Shown: positions 29,901-39,642 of the stretch, piece after piece | How the letters are laid out: every line of letters begins with the position of its first letter | How positions within the stretch are numbered: position 1 is the stretch's first letter | DNA from: Bacteroidota bacterium | GTDB lineage: Bacteria > Bacteroidota > Bacteroidia > Chitinophagales > JADIYW01 | Assembly: GCA_016705125.1 (NCBI GenBank) | Contig: JADIYW010000025.1 | Coordinates: 6,722-70,721 of the forward strand | Direction of reading: 5' to 3' | Length of the DNA: 64,000 bases | Notes under the pieces: model-generated | Told to the model about the DNA's origin: nothing | The model's input: only the letters and a program-made list of their open reading frames with translations | Database searches by the model: none | Translations under genes and position numbers: made by a program

Positions 29901-32587
29901 GGCATCAAACCATTTAATTTTACAGAAATATTAGGGTTATTTCCTATTGGAAGTGGACCTTTTTGATTTATGCCAATTTTCATACTTGCTGTATCAGGAT
30001 TTGGCGCACTTATTATTGTATCATTTCCACTTGTATTTGCTATTGAATCGCAATTCCAATCATTATCTGATACCTTTTTGAAACAAAAAACGTAGGCTAA
30101 AACTGGAGGATTTGGATTACGTTTCCAATTTAGAGTGGCCGAATAGGCCGAAATGTTTGAGGTATTTATACTCGATTGCAAAGGAGGAAAACAACCGCTT
30201 AAAGTAGTAAAAGTAACATTTGCTGAATAAGCACTCTCAAAACCTGAACCACAAATGCTTTTCACCCTCCATTGATAATTAAGACTACCAGTTAAACCTG
30301 TAATTACAACTGAATTAGAAGTTGGATTTGGTAATACATCAATCCAAGCACCCCAAGTACCATTGGCATTTTTAGGTCGATATTGTACTGAATAGGCCAA
30401 GGCACCACCTGCAACATCCCAAACCAAATTTGCAGAACTTGAAGTAATATTAATTGTATTCATTCCTGTAGGAAGCTCACATAAAACTGGTATAGTACTA
30501 AAACTTGTTATCGGTGTTGACCAATTACTTTCTAAAGTAGCCGAACAAACACTTTTTACTTGCCATTGATAAGCATGGTCGGGGGTTAATCCAACTAAGT
30601 TATAAAAATTTGAACCTGCTGAAAACTCTTGCCATGGCCCCCATGCCCCTGTCGCTTCCTTTTCTCTATACTGTACTTTGTATGATAATGCAGATGGGTT
30701 AGTTGTCCATGAAAGTGTAGCCGAAACAGTAGTAATATTGTTTGTAATTGGGCTCGATGGTGGGTTGCAAGTTAAAGATAATGTTTGAAAAACAGGGTTA
30801 GGTGTTGACGAATAATTGCTTTCACTTCCTCCACAAACCGTTTTTATTCTAAAAGTATAACTTTCACTTGAAGACAAACCACTTAATAAATAAATATTAG
30901 TTGTTGGATTAGGATTTACAACAATCCAATTTGCAGCACCAACCATTTTATATTCAACAACATATGAGGATGATGCGCCAACTGAATTCCAATTTAAAAC
31001 TGCGGAGTTTGTATTTACATTAGAGGCAAATAAATTGATTGGTGCATCGCAAGTAAGTCCAATTGTAGAAAAATTAATAATTGGTGTTGACCAGTCGCTT
31101 TCAATGGTTGGAGAACAAATAGATTTAACTTGCCATTGATAATCTTGACTTGGCAAAAGGGTAGAAATAGTTAATGAGTTTGTAACACTTGGCGCACTCA
31201 CCCAAGCCTCCCAAGCACCGCTAGAATTTTTTTTCCTATACTGTACCATATAAGAAAGGGCTGAGGGAACTGCATTCCAATTAAAGGTTGCTGCTGTCGG
31301 GGTAATATTAGTAGTATTTCCACCAGTCGGAATATTACAGTTAAGTGTTGTGAATAAAATTGATGGACTTGACCAAGCACTTTCTGTAGTGGGTGAACAA
31401 ACTGATTTCACTTCCCATTGATAATTTTTATCCATAGTTAGGCCAGTCGCAGTGAATGAGTTTACGATGCTATTTCCCAAAATCCATGGCCCCCAAGCGC
31501 CAGTTGGTTGTTTCTCTCTATATTGAATTTTATAAGAAGTAGCTCCGGGTACAGTTGCCCATCCGAAAATGGCAGAATTTATAGTAATTCCAGTAGTCGT
31601 TTGGGAAATTGGAACATCACAAGTTAAAGGGTTGGTTTGAAAAGTAGGGTTAGGCGTTGCAGAATAGGCACTTTCTGTGCCATTGCAAATTGTTTTTATT
31701 CTATATACATAAATTGAACCTGGTGTTAAACCCACTAAATTTACACTATTCGTAGTTGGATTAGGGGAGAAAATAGTAAAATTAGGATTTGAGTTTAACC
31801 TATATTCAAATTGATAGGAAATAGCTCCATTAGAAACTGCCCAGTTAATAGTTGCACTATTTATTGTAATATTTGTAGCTGTAAATCCTGATGGCACTGC
31901 ACAAGGACTCAGCGTAGAAAAGCCAATTATTGGAGTTGACCAATTACTTTCTCCAGTACTACATACCGTTTTTACTTGCCATTGGTAATCACTTGATGGG
32001 ATTAAGCCGTTGGCATTAAATGAAATTCCTGTTGGGTCTGGAGTAGGATTTTGCCAGATATCCCAGCTTCCATTTGACAACTTAATTCTATATCTCACCT
32101 TATAGGATTGTGCGCCAACGACTGAAGTCCAATTAAAAGTAGCACTTGTGGTTGTGATGGCTGTAGTAGTGGTATTTGTAGGGTCAAGACATGAATTGAG
32201 TGCAGTGGTAAAGGTATTATTTGCACTATAAGCAGAATTACCACTTGGGCATTTTGACTTAACTTTATATTGGTAAATAGAGCTTGGGGTAAGACCCGTC
32301 AGGTTCAAAGAATTTGTAGGAGATTGTGTGGTTATCCAGGAACCTCCATTTATTTTATGAGCAAATTCATATCCCGTCGCACCATTTACTGGATCACATC
32401 CAACCGTAGCAGTAGTGCTAGTAATATTAGAATGCACTAAATTTGTTGGAACATCACAAGCTAAAGTTTTTTTCAAAACCAAGGTTTCAAAATTAGCATT
32501 TATTCCTAATCCAATCTCTTTCGCCCCTAGGGTGAAAAATGTATTTATAACAAATATAAATCCTACAATAATTTTTAAATTTTTCAT
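26906..32587 (-). CDS. giant secreted/cell-surface protein P1: ~18 Cys-bracketed FN3-like modules + T9SS C-terminal sorting domain
   Basis: The track start at 32629 is a TTG. ATG at 32587 gives the signal peptide MKNLKIIVGFIFVINTFFTLGA. Modules of ~90-125 aa follow the pattern C.xP...NIT..SA.L.W..V.GA.SY.(I/V)QYR......W......N...L.GL.P...YQWQVKS.C. The C-terminus is IIPNPAKSEFSIKF...LRIFDLTGKVV...GLYFIEI...KLVIIE. Confidence 0.85.
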   Translation of the reverse strand: MKNLKIIVGFIFVINTFFTLGAKEIGLGINANFETLVLKKTLACDVPTNLVHSNITSTTATVGCDPVNGATGYEFAHKINGGSWITTQSPTNSLNLTGLTPSSIYQYKVKSKCPSGNSAYSANNTFTTALNSCLDPTNTTTTAITTTSATFNWTSVVGAQSYKVRYRIKLSNGSWDIWQNPTPDPTGISFNANGLIPSSDYQWQVKTVCSTGESNWSTPIIGFSTLSPCAVPSGFTATNITINSATINWAVSNGAISYQFEYRLNSNPNFTIFSPNPTTNSVNLVGLTPGSIYVYRIKTICNGTESAYSATPNPTFQTNPLTCDVPISQTTTGITINSAIFGWATVPGATSYKIQYREKQPTGAWGPWILGNSIVNSFTATGLTMDKNYQWEVKSVCSPTTESAWSSPSILFTTLNCNIPTGGNTTNITPTAATFNWNAVPSALSYMVQYRKKNSSGAWEAWVSAPSVTNSLTISTLLPSQDYQWQVKSICSPTIESDWSTPIINFSTIGLTCDAPINLFASNVNTNSAVLNWNSVGASSSYVVEYKMVGAANWIVVNPNPTTNIYLLSGLSSSESYTFRIKTVCGGSESNYSSTPNPVFQTLSLTCNPPSSPITNNITTVSATLSWTTNPSALSYKVQYREKEATGAWGPWQEFSAGSNFYNLVGLTPDHAYQWQVKSVCSATLESNWSTPITSFSTIPVLCELPTGMNTINITSSSANLVWDVAGGALAYSVQYRPKNANGTWGAWIDVLPNPTSNSVVITGLTGSLNYQWRVKSICGSGFESAYSANVTFTTLSGCFPPLQSSINTSNISAYSATLNWKRNPNPPVLAYVFCFKKVSDNDWNCDSIANTSGNDTIISAPNPDTASMKIGINQKGPLPIGNNPNISVKLNGLMPNTEYLWKVKSICMDGSASDFSSPSTLFITDPICKEPKNLGVENLGTNKATLVWKTGGGDVGLFIVKYKLASSNIWTTKYVANDSTKLTGLLPGTNYVFKVQAKCSAPDSSAFSPIFPFTTLTPCNFNPPTNLVSSNITSTKAKLSWTAAVGATSYELWYKPVGSSTWIKNLNITNTFLELTGLTPGTTYFWKVKNNCATSQSDFTDSFKSFKTWDECVLPTNIKGVSNALGVGTISWTTINVAINYKIRYRLVGTQNWILNSTAGNALDINFLTNGATYEFQIQSICQSPDTSLWSPIATFVVKTPCTLVPVAGLIANNITENAAKLEWTAISQATQYEVSIRKDGNPTGLTYFVSTNFYQAINLEPETKYWWKVKPICPSGESEFSNLSSFTTIGCRLPDGINAMSNVIGGASISWDPVPGAVSYNIKYRKLSPPMGSWVTTNIGGNILNLTGLGEGKKYEYIVQTVCLAPDTSSWSVEKEFITKDDCTLNAPSALFVTNISANGATLNWTSNSWSPIKWVLEIKKGENGVYDYYEILPTTSVLTLSNLELGTEYFWRVKTICSTGESDWSGQPKFTTGGCATPNINKFQLESNSVNAVTLQWERVANAVDYEIEYSAIAGDGFPPTFGSVTFNISFASPEDIITHIRDGLVQNTKYKFRIRAICSSGNGGYGDYTAFKEIWTRNEFCNLYPPTNLHEEAISSTAFKCNWDSPASQFEIRYRIDPDDGGNGDWNYVYNWGHFATIYNCVPGKKYQWSVRSYCNEDMPPSYWSQWGFVTLPNGLGGEGGDCKNGPDGVIAIKDARTPSEVLIYWDIVGKPEAFYVKYREVLRDGTFGPAYNTSVPGDQHSVTIRGLNASDASKSYSYKVDITSDCGEEGLSPVRGLVFQTDVLQSGGGEIGKQSPTVSNINTTPQKITIIPNPAKSEFSIKFNSKSNSNSQLRIFDLTGKVVKEDRFESFEGENIQNYILENVTRGLYFIEITNGEEKYLGKLVIIE

Positions 32588-32621
32588 CTCTTTTCGTTTA
32601 ATTTTGAATTGGTCAGTTTTC

Positions 32622-35600
32622 TTATTCAAATACTACAAATTTGATTGCTGTTTTTTCTTTCCCATCAAATAATTCTAAATAGTATAAGCCACTTGTAAGG
32701 TTAGTAAAATTGTAATCTCTTTTATTGTATCCATTAATAGGTTCGAACCATTCAGATTTTATTAATTTCCCAGTTATATCATAAATATTTATGGTAATAG
32801 ATTGTTCCTTTTCTGAATTAAAATTCAAGCTAAAAATTCCTTTTGTGGGATTTGGAATTATTGCAATATCTTTTAAATTTATATTTATTCCTGTTAAAGT
32901 TGTTTTGCCACTACCAAAAGATTTTGGATCCGTTTGAAAATTAATAACAGCAGGAGTGCTTAATCCGTCTGAACCGCAGTCAGCGATTACCTCCACGGTG
33001 TATTGGTAACCTTTAATATCAGACTTTAATCCTTTCAATATAATAGAATTTTCGTTCCCTCTTACTGAATAATTAGTTGCTGTACCAAATGTGCCATCTT
33101 GTAGAACTTCCTTTTCTTTTACAAGATGTCCTTCGGGATTTCCTCTGATAACCCAAGAAACGGTAGCTTCAGAAGTCAAATCTGCATTTTTTTCCACCTT
33201 TATGGCATCTGGTCCTTCTCCACAACCTCCAAAACCAGTAGGTGTTGAAAAAGTTCTGATTACACTCCAATTTCCCCAGCCATTATTTGCACATATTGGT
33301 CTTATTTGCCAATCATAACTTGTACCTGACCACAAACCTCCAATTAATAACTTCTTTACATTCCCAACCGTTACAGCTGTCCATGTCCAATCAGGACTTG
33401 CCGTAAATTTATACCTTATTTCATAATTCAAGGCAGTCGGAACGATACCTAACCAGCTTAATTCTACTGTGTTTTGTTGCAAATTCCATTCATATAATGT
33501 GTTTACAGTCCCAACATTGCACTGGCTAAAGGTATAAGCCGAACTAGCTGTACTCCAATTGCTATAAGCTAATGGTGTATTACAAAAACTAGCTACTCTG
33601 AAAAAATATAGTTTATCTTCATTTAAACCTGTAAGCGTAATTGAATTTGTAGTTGATGTTGTTTCAGTCCAATTTGAGCCATTTGTAAGGCTATATTGAA
33701 TTTTATAACCCGAAGTTCCTGGAACCGCATTCCACGAAACTAATATACTAGATAGTGATTTTCCAACTCCACTTATATTTGTAGGAACAGGACAATCATT
33801 TGAAATACCAGGCAATGTAGTGAAGGAATGTTCTATACTATTTCCTTGACCACTCGAACACCAAGTATTTACTTTCCAATAATATTTAGTTGCTGGTAAT
33901 AAACTATTTAATTGGAGCGAATTGGTATTTGATGTTTTAGAGGTCCAACTAGCAGGAATATTAGGGTCGCTTCCATCTACTCTGTACAAAATGTTATAAA
34001 AATTGAATATATTACCATCTGCAACAGTAATTGGATTCCAATTTAATTTTGCTGAATTATTTGTTATATTACTTGCATCTAAGCCAGTTGCACCCATTGT
34101 GCAAACAGTTTGAACCACAAAGCTTAAAACACTACTCCAAGGACTTGTTTCATTTGCCGAACAATTTGTCTGAATTTGATACTCATATTGTATGCCATTT
34201 TCTAGACCTGTAAGGGACAAAGAATTTCCAATTACATTTTCTTCCGTCCAATTTGTTGTGTTTATTTTTCTATACCTTATTGTGTACGAAATTGCCCCAA
34301 TATTAATTGCATTCCAACTTATAGTTGCAATTCCTACATTGGTTGAGATTGCTTGAATACTGTCTGGCAATTTACAGGATGTGGTAAAAGTATCCGTTTG
34401 GGCTGAAAAATCGCCGTAACCTATCGCACATTTATTTCGCAATTTCCAAACATAGGTTGTATTGGGCAATAAACCAGTAAGAATATAAGGATTAGTAACC
34501 ACCAAAGTAGTAAATGTGGGATCGTTTATTTTTTTATAAGACAGTTCGAAATTTACTCCATTAATTGAAGTCCAGCTCAAACTAGCTGTAGTACTTGTAA
34601 CTGAAGTTTCTTTTAAATTTTTTGGAGTGTCAAAATTACAAGCTGTTAAGGTGGTAAAGTTTACACTTGCAGTATACGCGCTTGTATCAGGTGATGAGCA
34701 AGTGGTTTGTACTTGAAATTCATACGTTGTGTTAGGTAAAAGTCCACTTATTTTAATAGAATCTTTGATTGAATACTTTGTTGTCCAAACCGATGTACCC
34801 ACTTTTCTATACCTTATTTTAAATAATTGGATATCGCCACCAGTATTTGTCCATTTTAGTGTTGCATTATCAAATCCAATTCTTACCACATTTAAGTTTT
34901 TGACCATTCCACACAAGGAATCTGTCTTAAATTTTGTAGTTGGATTGCTATAATCGCTGGATTCTCCATTAATACAAATACTTTTTACTTTCCATTCATA
35001 TTCTGTATTTGGCATTAAGCCAGCAATAGGATATGTAAAAGGTGGGTCAATTCTAAAGCCAATGCGCATAGAGTCGGCACCAATGCCAACTAAAGTATCA
35101 TTTGGGTCATTTATACTATTTAAAATAGTATCACAATTCCAAACGGTATCTACTATTTTTTTGTAGCAAACCAAATAGGCTATTGTAGGCGGATTACTAA
35201 GTTTTGTCCATGATAAAGTCGCTTTTGTACTTGAAATTCCATTGGTGGTTAAACCTATAGGTGCTGTACAAATAAAAGCTGGGGTTGTAAAAGAACTTAC
35301 AATACTATAAATTCCTGTATCTCCAACAGAACAAATACTTCTTACTTTAAAATAATAAGTGGTGTTGGCTAATAAATTATTGGCTGTTGCTGAATTTGTA
35401 GAAATAGCGATAGGAGGACTTGTAAAATTATTCGGGTTTGTTGAAATTTGATATTGATAAGCAACTGCACCAACAACTGCCTTCCAATGCAAAATTGCAT
35501 TTGTAGTAGTAATATTAGTTGTATATAAACTATCGGGAGCAGCACAAGATGAAAGTGTCTTGAATGTTTTATCAGCACTAAATGGACTCTGCTGGTTTGC

Positions 35601-38600
35601 AATACAGATAGCCCTTATTTTCCATACATAATTTGTATTTGCCGTTAATCCAACAATCATTTTCGTGGTAAAAACAGAAGTATCTGTCTGCCAATTATTT
35701 GGCTGATTGGCTTTTCGGAAATCTATTTTATAGTATTGAGCGCCATTCACTGTAGTCCAATTCAATTGGGCTTGGGTAGTGCCAATATTTAATTCATTTA
35801 ATCCAATTGGTGTTGAAATTGAACAGTTACTTACTGTAGTAAAGTTTGAAAATGAAATTGCACTCGTATCTTGGGGCAAACAAATTGCTTGTATGCTAAA
35901 ATAATAAGTAGTTCCTGGATCTAAATTTGTTAAATTATAGGTATTCACATTTGGTGCTAAATTTACAAAAAGACCTGTTGGCCCTCCTCCTACGAAAAGT
36001 AACAATCCAATTGGTCCACCTGGAACTGTCCAATTTAGATTTGCTGTTGTTTGTGTTAGATTTGTAACTTGCCCTATTATTGGACCTAAACATGGAGAGC
36101 TTGTTGTGAAGGGTTGAAAATCAGAGAAATCGCTTTCAAGGCTTGGTGGACAAATTCTTTTTACACGCCATTGATAATCTGTACTTGGTTTCAAGCCAGT
36201 TACTCTTACAAAATTAGTATCTAAAGGAATTGAAATCCAATTTCCCCATGTTCCTCCAGCTAATTTCTCCCTATATTGAACTATAAAATTACTATCCGTA
36301 GCTGCCCAACTAAAAGAAGCAGCAGTCGAAGTAACAAAAGTGGTATTTAAATTATTAGGTATTTGACAATTACTTGGCAAGGTTTGGAAGGTAGGATTGG
36401 GAGTTGGGCTAAACGGTGATTGAATACCATTACATTGTGCTTTTACTCTAAAAACATATTTTTTATCAGGTGACAATCCTGTTAATAAAAACGAATCTGC
36501 ATTCACTCCTACTGTAATCCAATCATTATCAACCACTAATTTATAATCCAAAATATAACTTATAGCCGATGGAACTACATTCCATTTTAACAAAGCTGAT
36601 ATAGGTGTAATATTGAATGCTAAAAGATTGGTTGGTTGGCTACATGGATTTATAGTTGAAAAATTTGCTATTGGAGTAGACCAAACACTTTCAAGGGTAG
36701 CAAGACAGATACTTTTTACCTGCCATTGATAATCTGTTTCGGGAGTTAATCCTGTCAATAGATAAGAATTTGTATTTGACGAAGCTGGTAACCAATTTCC
36801 AAATGTTCCACCTGTAAGTTTTACTCGATATTGTAATGAATAAGAAGTTGCTCCTACCATTGTTGTCCAATTTAGCAATACCGAATAACCTGTATTGTTT
36901 GTTGTGGTTAAATTGATGGGTTCATTACAACCCAAGGTGGTGAATAGCTCTATTGGTGTTGACCAACTCCCCTCAAGGGTTGGCGAGCAAACACTTTTTA
37001 CCTGCCATTGATAGTTTTTATCAGGAGTTAAACCCACTAAAATTAATGAATCGGATGGTGCGGGCAAAGGGACCCAAACATCCCATGCTCCAGTGGGCAA
37101 TTTTTCTCTATACTGTATTTTATAAGACATTACCCCACTTACAGGACTCCAATTAATTGTGGCAGTATTTAATCCAATATTTATCGTACTTAAATTTGAA
37201 GGGGTTAAACAAGTTAAAGCTACCGTTGTAAATGCTTTTATTGGTGTTGTCCAACTACTTTCTAAGGTAGCTGAACATACTGATTTTACTTGCCATTGAT
37301 AATCAGTGTCAGGAATAAGATTTGTTATTATTATAGAATCTACAATTGAAGTTAGCGGTATCCAAGCACCCCAAGCCCCTGTAGTTAATTTCTCCCTATA
37401 TTGTATTTTATAAGAAATCACACCATTCACTGCATTCCAATTTAAAATGGCTGATGTGGTTGTTATTCCAATAGTTGCTAATGCACTAGGTTCATTACAA
37501 CCTAACGTAGAAAAATTATTTATAGGGCTTGACCAAGCGCTCTCCAAAGTAGGTGAGCAAACACTTTTTACTTGCCATTGAAATTCCTTATCGGGGGTAA
37601 GCCCTGTTAAATTAAAGGAATCAGTTGTTGATGTTCCTGCCGACATCCAATTTCCCCATATTCCTAGTGCATTTTTTTCTCTATACTGGATTTTGTAAGT
37701 ACTAACCCCACTTACTAGGCTCCATTTGAATGTAGCTGAGGTTTGTTTAATATTTACAGTTATTGGATTGCTTGGTGTTAAACAAGTTAATGCTACAGTT
37801 GTAAAAGTAGAAATTGGATCAGTCCAACTACTTTCCAAACCACCTGAACAAACACTCTTTACTTGCCATTGGTAGTCTTTATCTGGTGTCAAATTATTCA
37901 ATGAAAATGAATTGGTAGCACTAATTAGTTGAATCCATGCTCCCCAACTTCCATTTGACTGCTTTTCTCTATATTGAATTTTATAGGATGTAACACCCAT
38001 ACCTGAAGTCCACCCTAAAACTGCAGTTGTTGTGGTAATTGATGTTGCTATTGGATTTGTAGGAAGGTTGCAAGCTAAAGTTGTAAAACTATTTACTGGT
38101 GTACTCCACGCACTTTCTAAAGTAGGTGAACAAATAGATTTAACCTGCCATTGATATTCTTTGGCTAAATTTAAACTTGATAAATTATAACTATTAGTAG
38201 TAGCATTTAAATTTAACCAATTACCCCAAGTGCCATTTGTTCCCTTTTCCCTATATTGGATTTTATAACCTGTTACTCCGCCCACCGCTGTCCAACTAAG
38301 CAAAGCACTAGAAGTTGTTATATTAGATGTGGTTGCATTTAATGGTGATAAACATCCTGATGAAACAGTTGTAAATGCCGAAATAGGGCTTGACCAATCA
38401 CTTTCTAAAGAAGCAGAACACACACTTTTTACTTGCCAATTGTATTCAGTGCCTGCCGCTAAATTTGTTAATACATAAGTGGAAGCGGTCGGATTTGTTG
38501 TAGTATTTACCCATGGACTCCATTGTCCATTTCCATATTTTTCTCTATATTGTATTTTGTATGAAGTGGCCTGTGCAACTGCCGCCCAATTAAGCGTAGC

Positions 38601-39323
38601 TGATGATTGTGTAATACTTGTCGTTGATTGATTTACAGGAATTGCACAAGCACTTAAAGTTGTAAATTCAGTACTGGGATCTGTATAATCACTTGAGGAA
38701 GAACCGCTACAATTTGTTTTTACATGCCATTGGCAGTTAGTTGAACCCGATAAACCTGTTACATTATATGTTGTTGATGTAGTGGAAGGGGGAGAAAACC
38801 AGGCTCCCCATGTTCCATTTGCCGCCTTTTGTCTATATTGTAAGCTGTATGATTGTGCTCCACTTACTGCAGTCCATGAAAAGGTTGCTGTTGTTATGCC
38901 TATATTTGTTGTTTGCATACCAGTAGGCAAAGCACAAGGATTTGGACTCGTATTAAATGAAATATTTGCACTATAAGCACTTGTGCCAGTAGGACATACC
39001 GCTTTTACACTGAATTGATATGTTGAACCAGGAGTAAGCCCTGTTAAAGCCCTTGTATTGCTAGTTGAATTTACAGTAAGATAAGTCCCTCCATTTATTT
39101 TATATCGCCAAGTATATTGGGTAGCTCCCACCACCGAATTACAATTCATAGTAGCAGTAGTAGGAGTAATATTTGTAGCTGTTAATCCTGATGGTACATC
39201 ACAATTAATATTAAATTTTTCCAAATTAATATTCTTCGAAAAGATAGGTTGAAAAAAACCAAAACTGAATTGGAAAAGAAAAAACAAAATTAATTGAACT
39301 ACTCTTAATTTTAAATTATTCAT
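32622..39323 (-). CDS. giant secreted/cell-surface protein P2: ~22 FN3-like modules + T9SS C-terminal sorting domain
   Basis: 2233 aa, ATG at 39323, with a signal peptide. Module order is collinear with P1 and P3. CTD: IIPNPTKGIFSLNF...INIYDITGKLI...GLYYLEL...KFVVFE. Only 34 nt separate its stop from the P1 ATG. Confidence 0.85.
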   Translation of the reverse strand: MNNLKLRVVQLILFFLFQFSFGFFQPIFSKNINLEKFNINCDVPSGLTATNITPTTATMNCNSVVGATQYTWRYKINGGTYLTVNSTSNTRALTGLTPGSTYQFSVKAVCPTGTSAYSANISFNTSPNPCALPTGMQTTNIGITTATFSWTAVSGAQSYSLQYRQKAANGTWGAWFSPPSTTSTTYNVTGLSGSTNCQWHVKTNCSGSSSSDYTDPSTEFTTLSACAIPVNQSTTSITQSSATLNWAAVAQATSYKIQYREKYGNGQWSPWVNTTTNPTASTYVLTNLAAGTEYNWQVKSVCSASLESDWSSPISAFTTVSSGCLSPLNATTSNITTSSALLSWTAVGGVTGYKIQYREKGTNGTWGNWLNLNATTNSYNLSSLNLAKEYQWQVKSICSPTLESAWSTPVNSFTTLACNLPTNPIATSITTTTAVLGWTSGMGVTSYKIQYREKQSNGSWGAWIQLISATNSFSLNNLTPDKDYQWQVKSVCSGGLESSWTDPISTFTTVALTCLTPSNPITVNIKQTSATFKWSLVSGVSTYKIQYREKNALGIWGNWMSAGTSTTDSFNLTGLTPDKEFQWQVKSVCSPTLESAWSSPINNFSTLGCNEPSALATIGITTTSAILNWNAVNGVISYKIQYREKLTTGAWGAWIPLTSIVDSIIITNLIPDTDYQWQVKSVCSATLESSWTTPIKAFTTVALTCLTPSNLSTINIGLNTATINWSPVSGVMSYKIQYREKLPTGAWDVWVPLPAPSDSLILVGLTPDKNYQWQVKSVCSPTLEGSWSTPIELFTTLGCNEPINLTTTNNTGYSVLLNWTTMVGATSYSLQYRVKLTGGTFGNWLPASSNTNSYLLTGLTPETDYQWQVKSICLATLESVWSTPIANFSTINPCSQPTNLLAFNITPISALLKWNVVPSAISYILDYKLVVDNDWITVGVNADSFLLTGLSPDKKYVFRVKAQCNGIQSPFSPTPNPTFQTLPSNCQIPNNLNTTFVTSTAASFSWAATDSNFIVQYREKLAGGTWGNWISIPLDTNFVRVTGLKPSTDYQWRVKRICPPSLESDFSDFQPFTTSSPCLGPIIGQVTNLTQTTANLNWTVPGGPIGLLLFVGGGPTGLFVNLAPNVNTYNLTNLDPGTTYYFSIQAICLPQDTSAISFSNFTTVSNCSISTPIGLNELNIGTTQAQLNWTTVNGAQYYKIDFRKANQPNNWQTDTSVFTTKMIVGLTANTNYVWKIRAICIANQQSPFSADKTFKTLSSCAAPDSLYTTNITTTNAILHWKAVVGAVAYQYQISTNPNNFTSPPIAISTNSATANNLLANTTYYFKVRSICSVGDTGIYSIVSSFTTPAFICTAPIGLTTNGISSTKATLSWTKLSNPPTIAYLVCYKKIVDTVWNCDTILNSINDPNDTLVGIGADSMRIGFRIDPPFTYPIAGLMPNTEYEWKVKSICINGESSDYSNPTTKFKTDSLCGMVKNLNVVRIGFDNATLKWTNTGGDIQLFKIRYRKVGTSVWTTKYSIKDSIKISGLLPNTTYEFQVQTTCSSPDTSAYTASVNFTTLTACNFDTPKNLKETSVTSTTASLSWTSINGVNFELSYKKINDPTFTTLVVTNPYILTGLLPNTTYVWKLRNKCAIGYGDFSAQTDTFTTSCKLPDSIQAISTNVGIATISWNAINIGAISYTIRYRKINTTNWTEENVIGNSLSLTGLENGIQYEYQIQTNCSANETSPWSSVLSFVVQTVCTMGATGLDASNITNNSAKLNWNPITVADGNIFNFYNILYRVDGSDPNIPASWTSKTSNTNSLQLNSLLPATKYYWKVNTWCSSGQGNSIEHSFTTLPGISNDCPVPTNISGVGKSLSSILVSWNAVPGTSGYKIQYSLTNGSNWTETTSTTNSITLTGLNEDKLYFFRVASFCNTPLAYSNWSTASSAYTFSQCNVGTVNTLYEWNLQQNTVELSWLGIVPTALNYEIRYKFTASPDWTWTAVTVGNVKKLLIGGLWSGTSYDWQIRPICANNGWGNWSVIRTFSTPTGFGGCGEGPDAIKVEKNADLTSEATVSWVIRGNPEGHLVKEKEVLQDGTFGTATNYSVRGNENSIILKGLKSDIKGYQYTVEVIADCGSDGLSTPAVINFQTDPKSFGSGKTTLTGININLKDIAIIPNPTKGIFSLNFNSEKEQSITINIYDITGKLIKSEWFEPINGYNKRDYNFTNLTSGLYYLELFDGKEKTAIKFVVFE
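36650..38750 (-). repeat. intragenic tandem array of ~282-292-bp FN3-module units (includes a ~570-bp two-module super-repeat)
   Basis: The plus-strand motif (t)tac(t/c)tgccattg(a/g)ta (reverse of YQWQVKS) recurs at ~36721, 37003, 37291, 37573, 37863, 38146, 38433 and 38725. Junction strings ggtgttaaacaagttaatgctacagttgtaaa (~37770) and ggggttaaacaagttaaagctaccgttgtaaa (~37200) lie ~570 bp apart. Confidence 0.7.
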
Positions 39324-39591
39324 AATATTTCTTTTTATTAAAATATAATTTGTTAGAATTACGAAAAGAGGGTATAAATTATTTTAAAAAAGTTTAAAAG
39401 CTAATTATCATAAATTAACTATTTTACTAATTCAAATTTAAACTAATGGTAAAGCTTATTTTATTACAATTTTTCGCATTTGTCAATAATAAATATTCAA
39501 TTATTGGAGATTTTTAGGCTTTTAAAAATTTTAAAATGCTGACTATAAACACATTATCACATTACATTTTTTTAACAAAAAAGTACTTTTT

Positions 39592-39618
39592 AAAAAAAAA
39601 GGGTAGCTAATGCCACCC
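39592..39618 (-). terminator. putative terminator after giant gene P3
   Basis: Minus strand reads GGGTGGC-atta-GCTACCC (one mismatch) followed by T9. It starts 25 nt after the stop at 39643. Confidence 0.5.
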
Positions 39619-39642
39619 TTTTATCAAACAAAATGATTTACC

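Noticed and set aside
32622-32629. Apparent 8-nt overlap (translational coupling) between P2 stop and the track-annotated P1 start
   Set aside because: The codon at 32629-32627 is TTG. The ATG at 32587 gives a proper signal peptide (MKNLKIIVGFIF...). The genes are therefore separated by 34 nt rather than overlapping.
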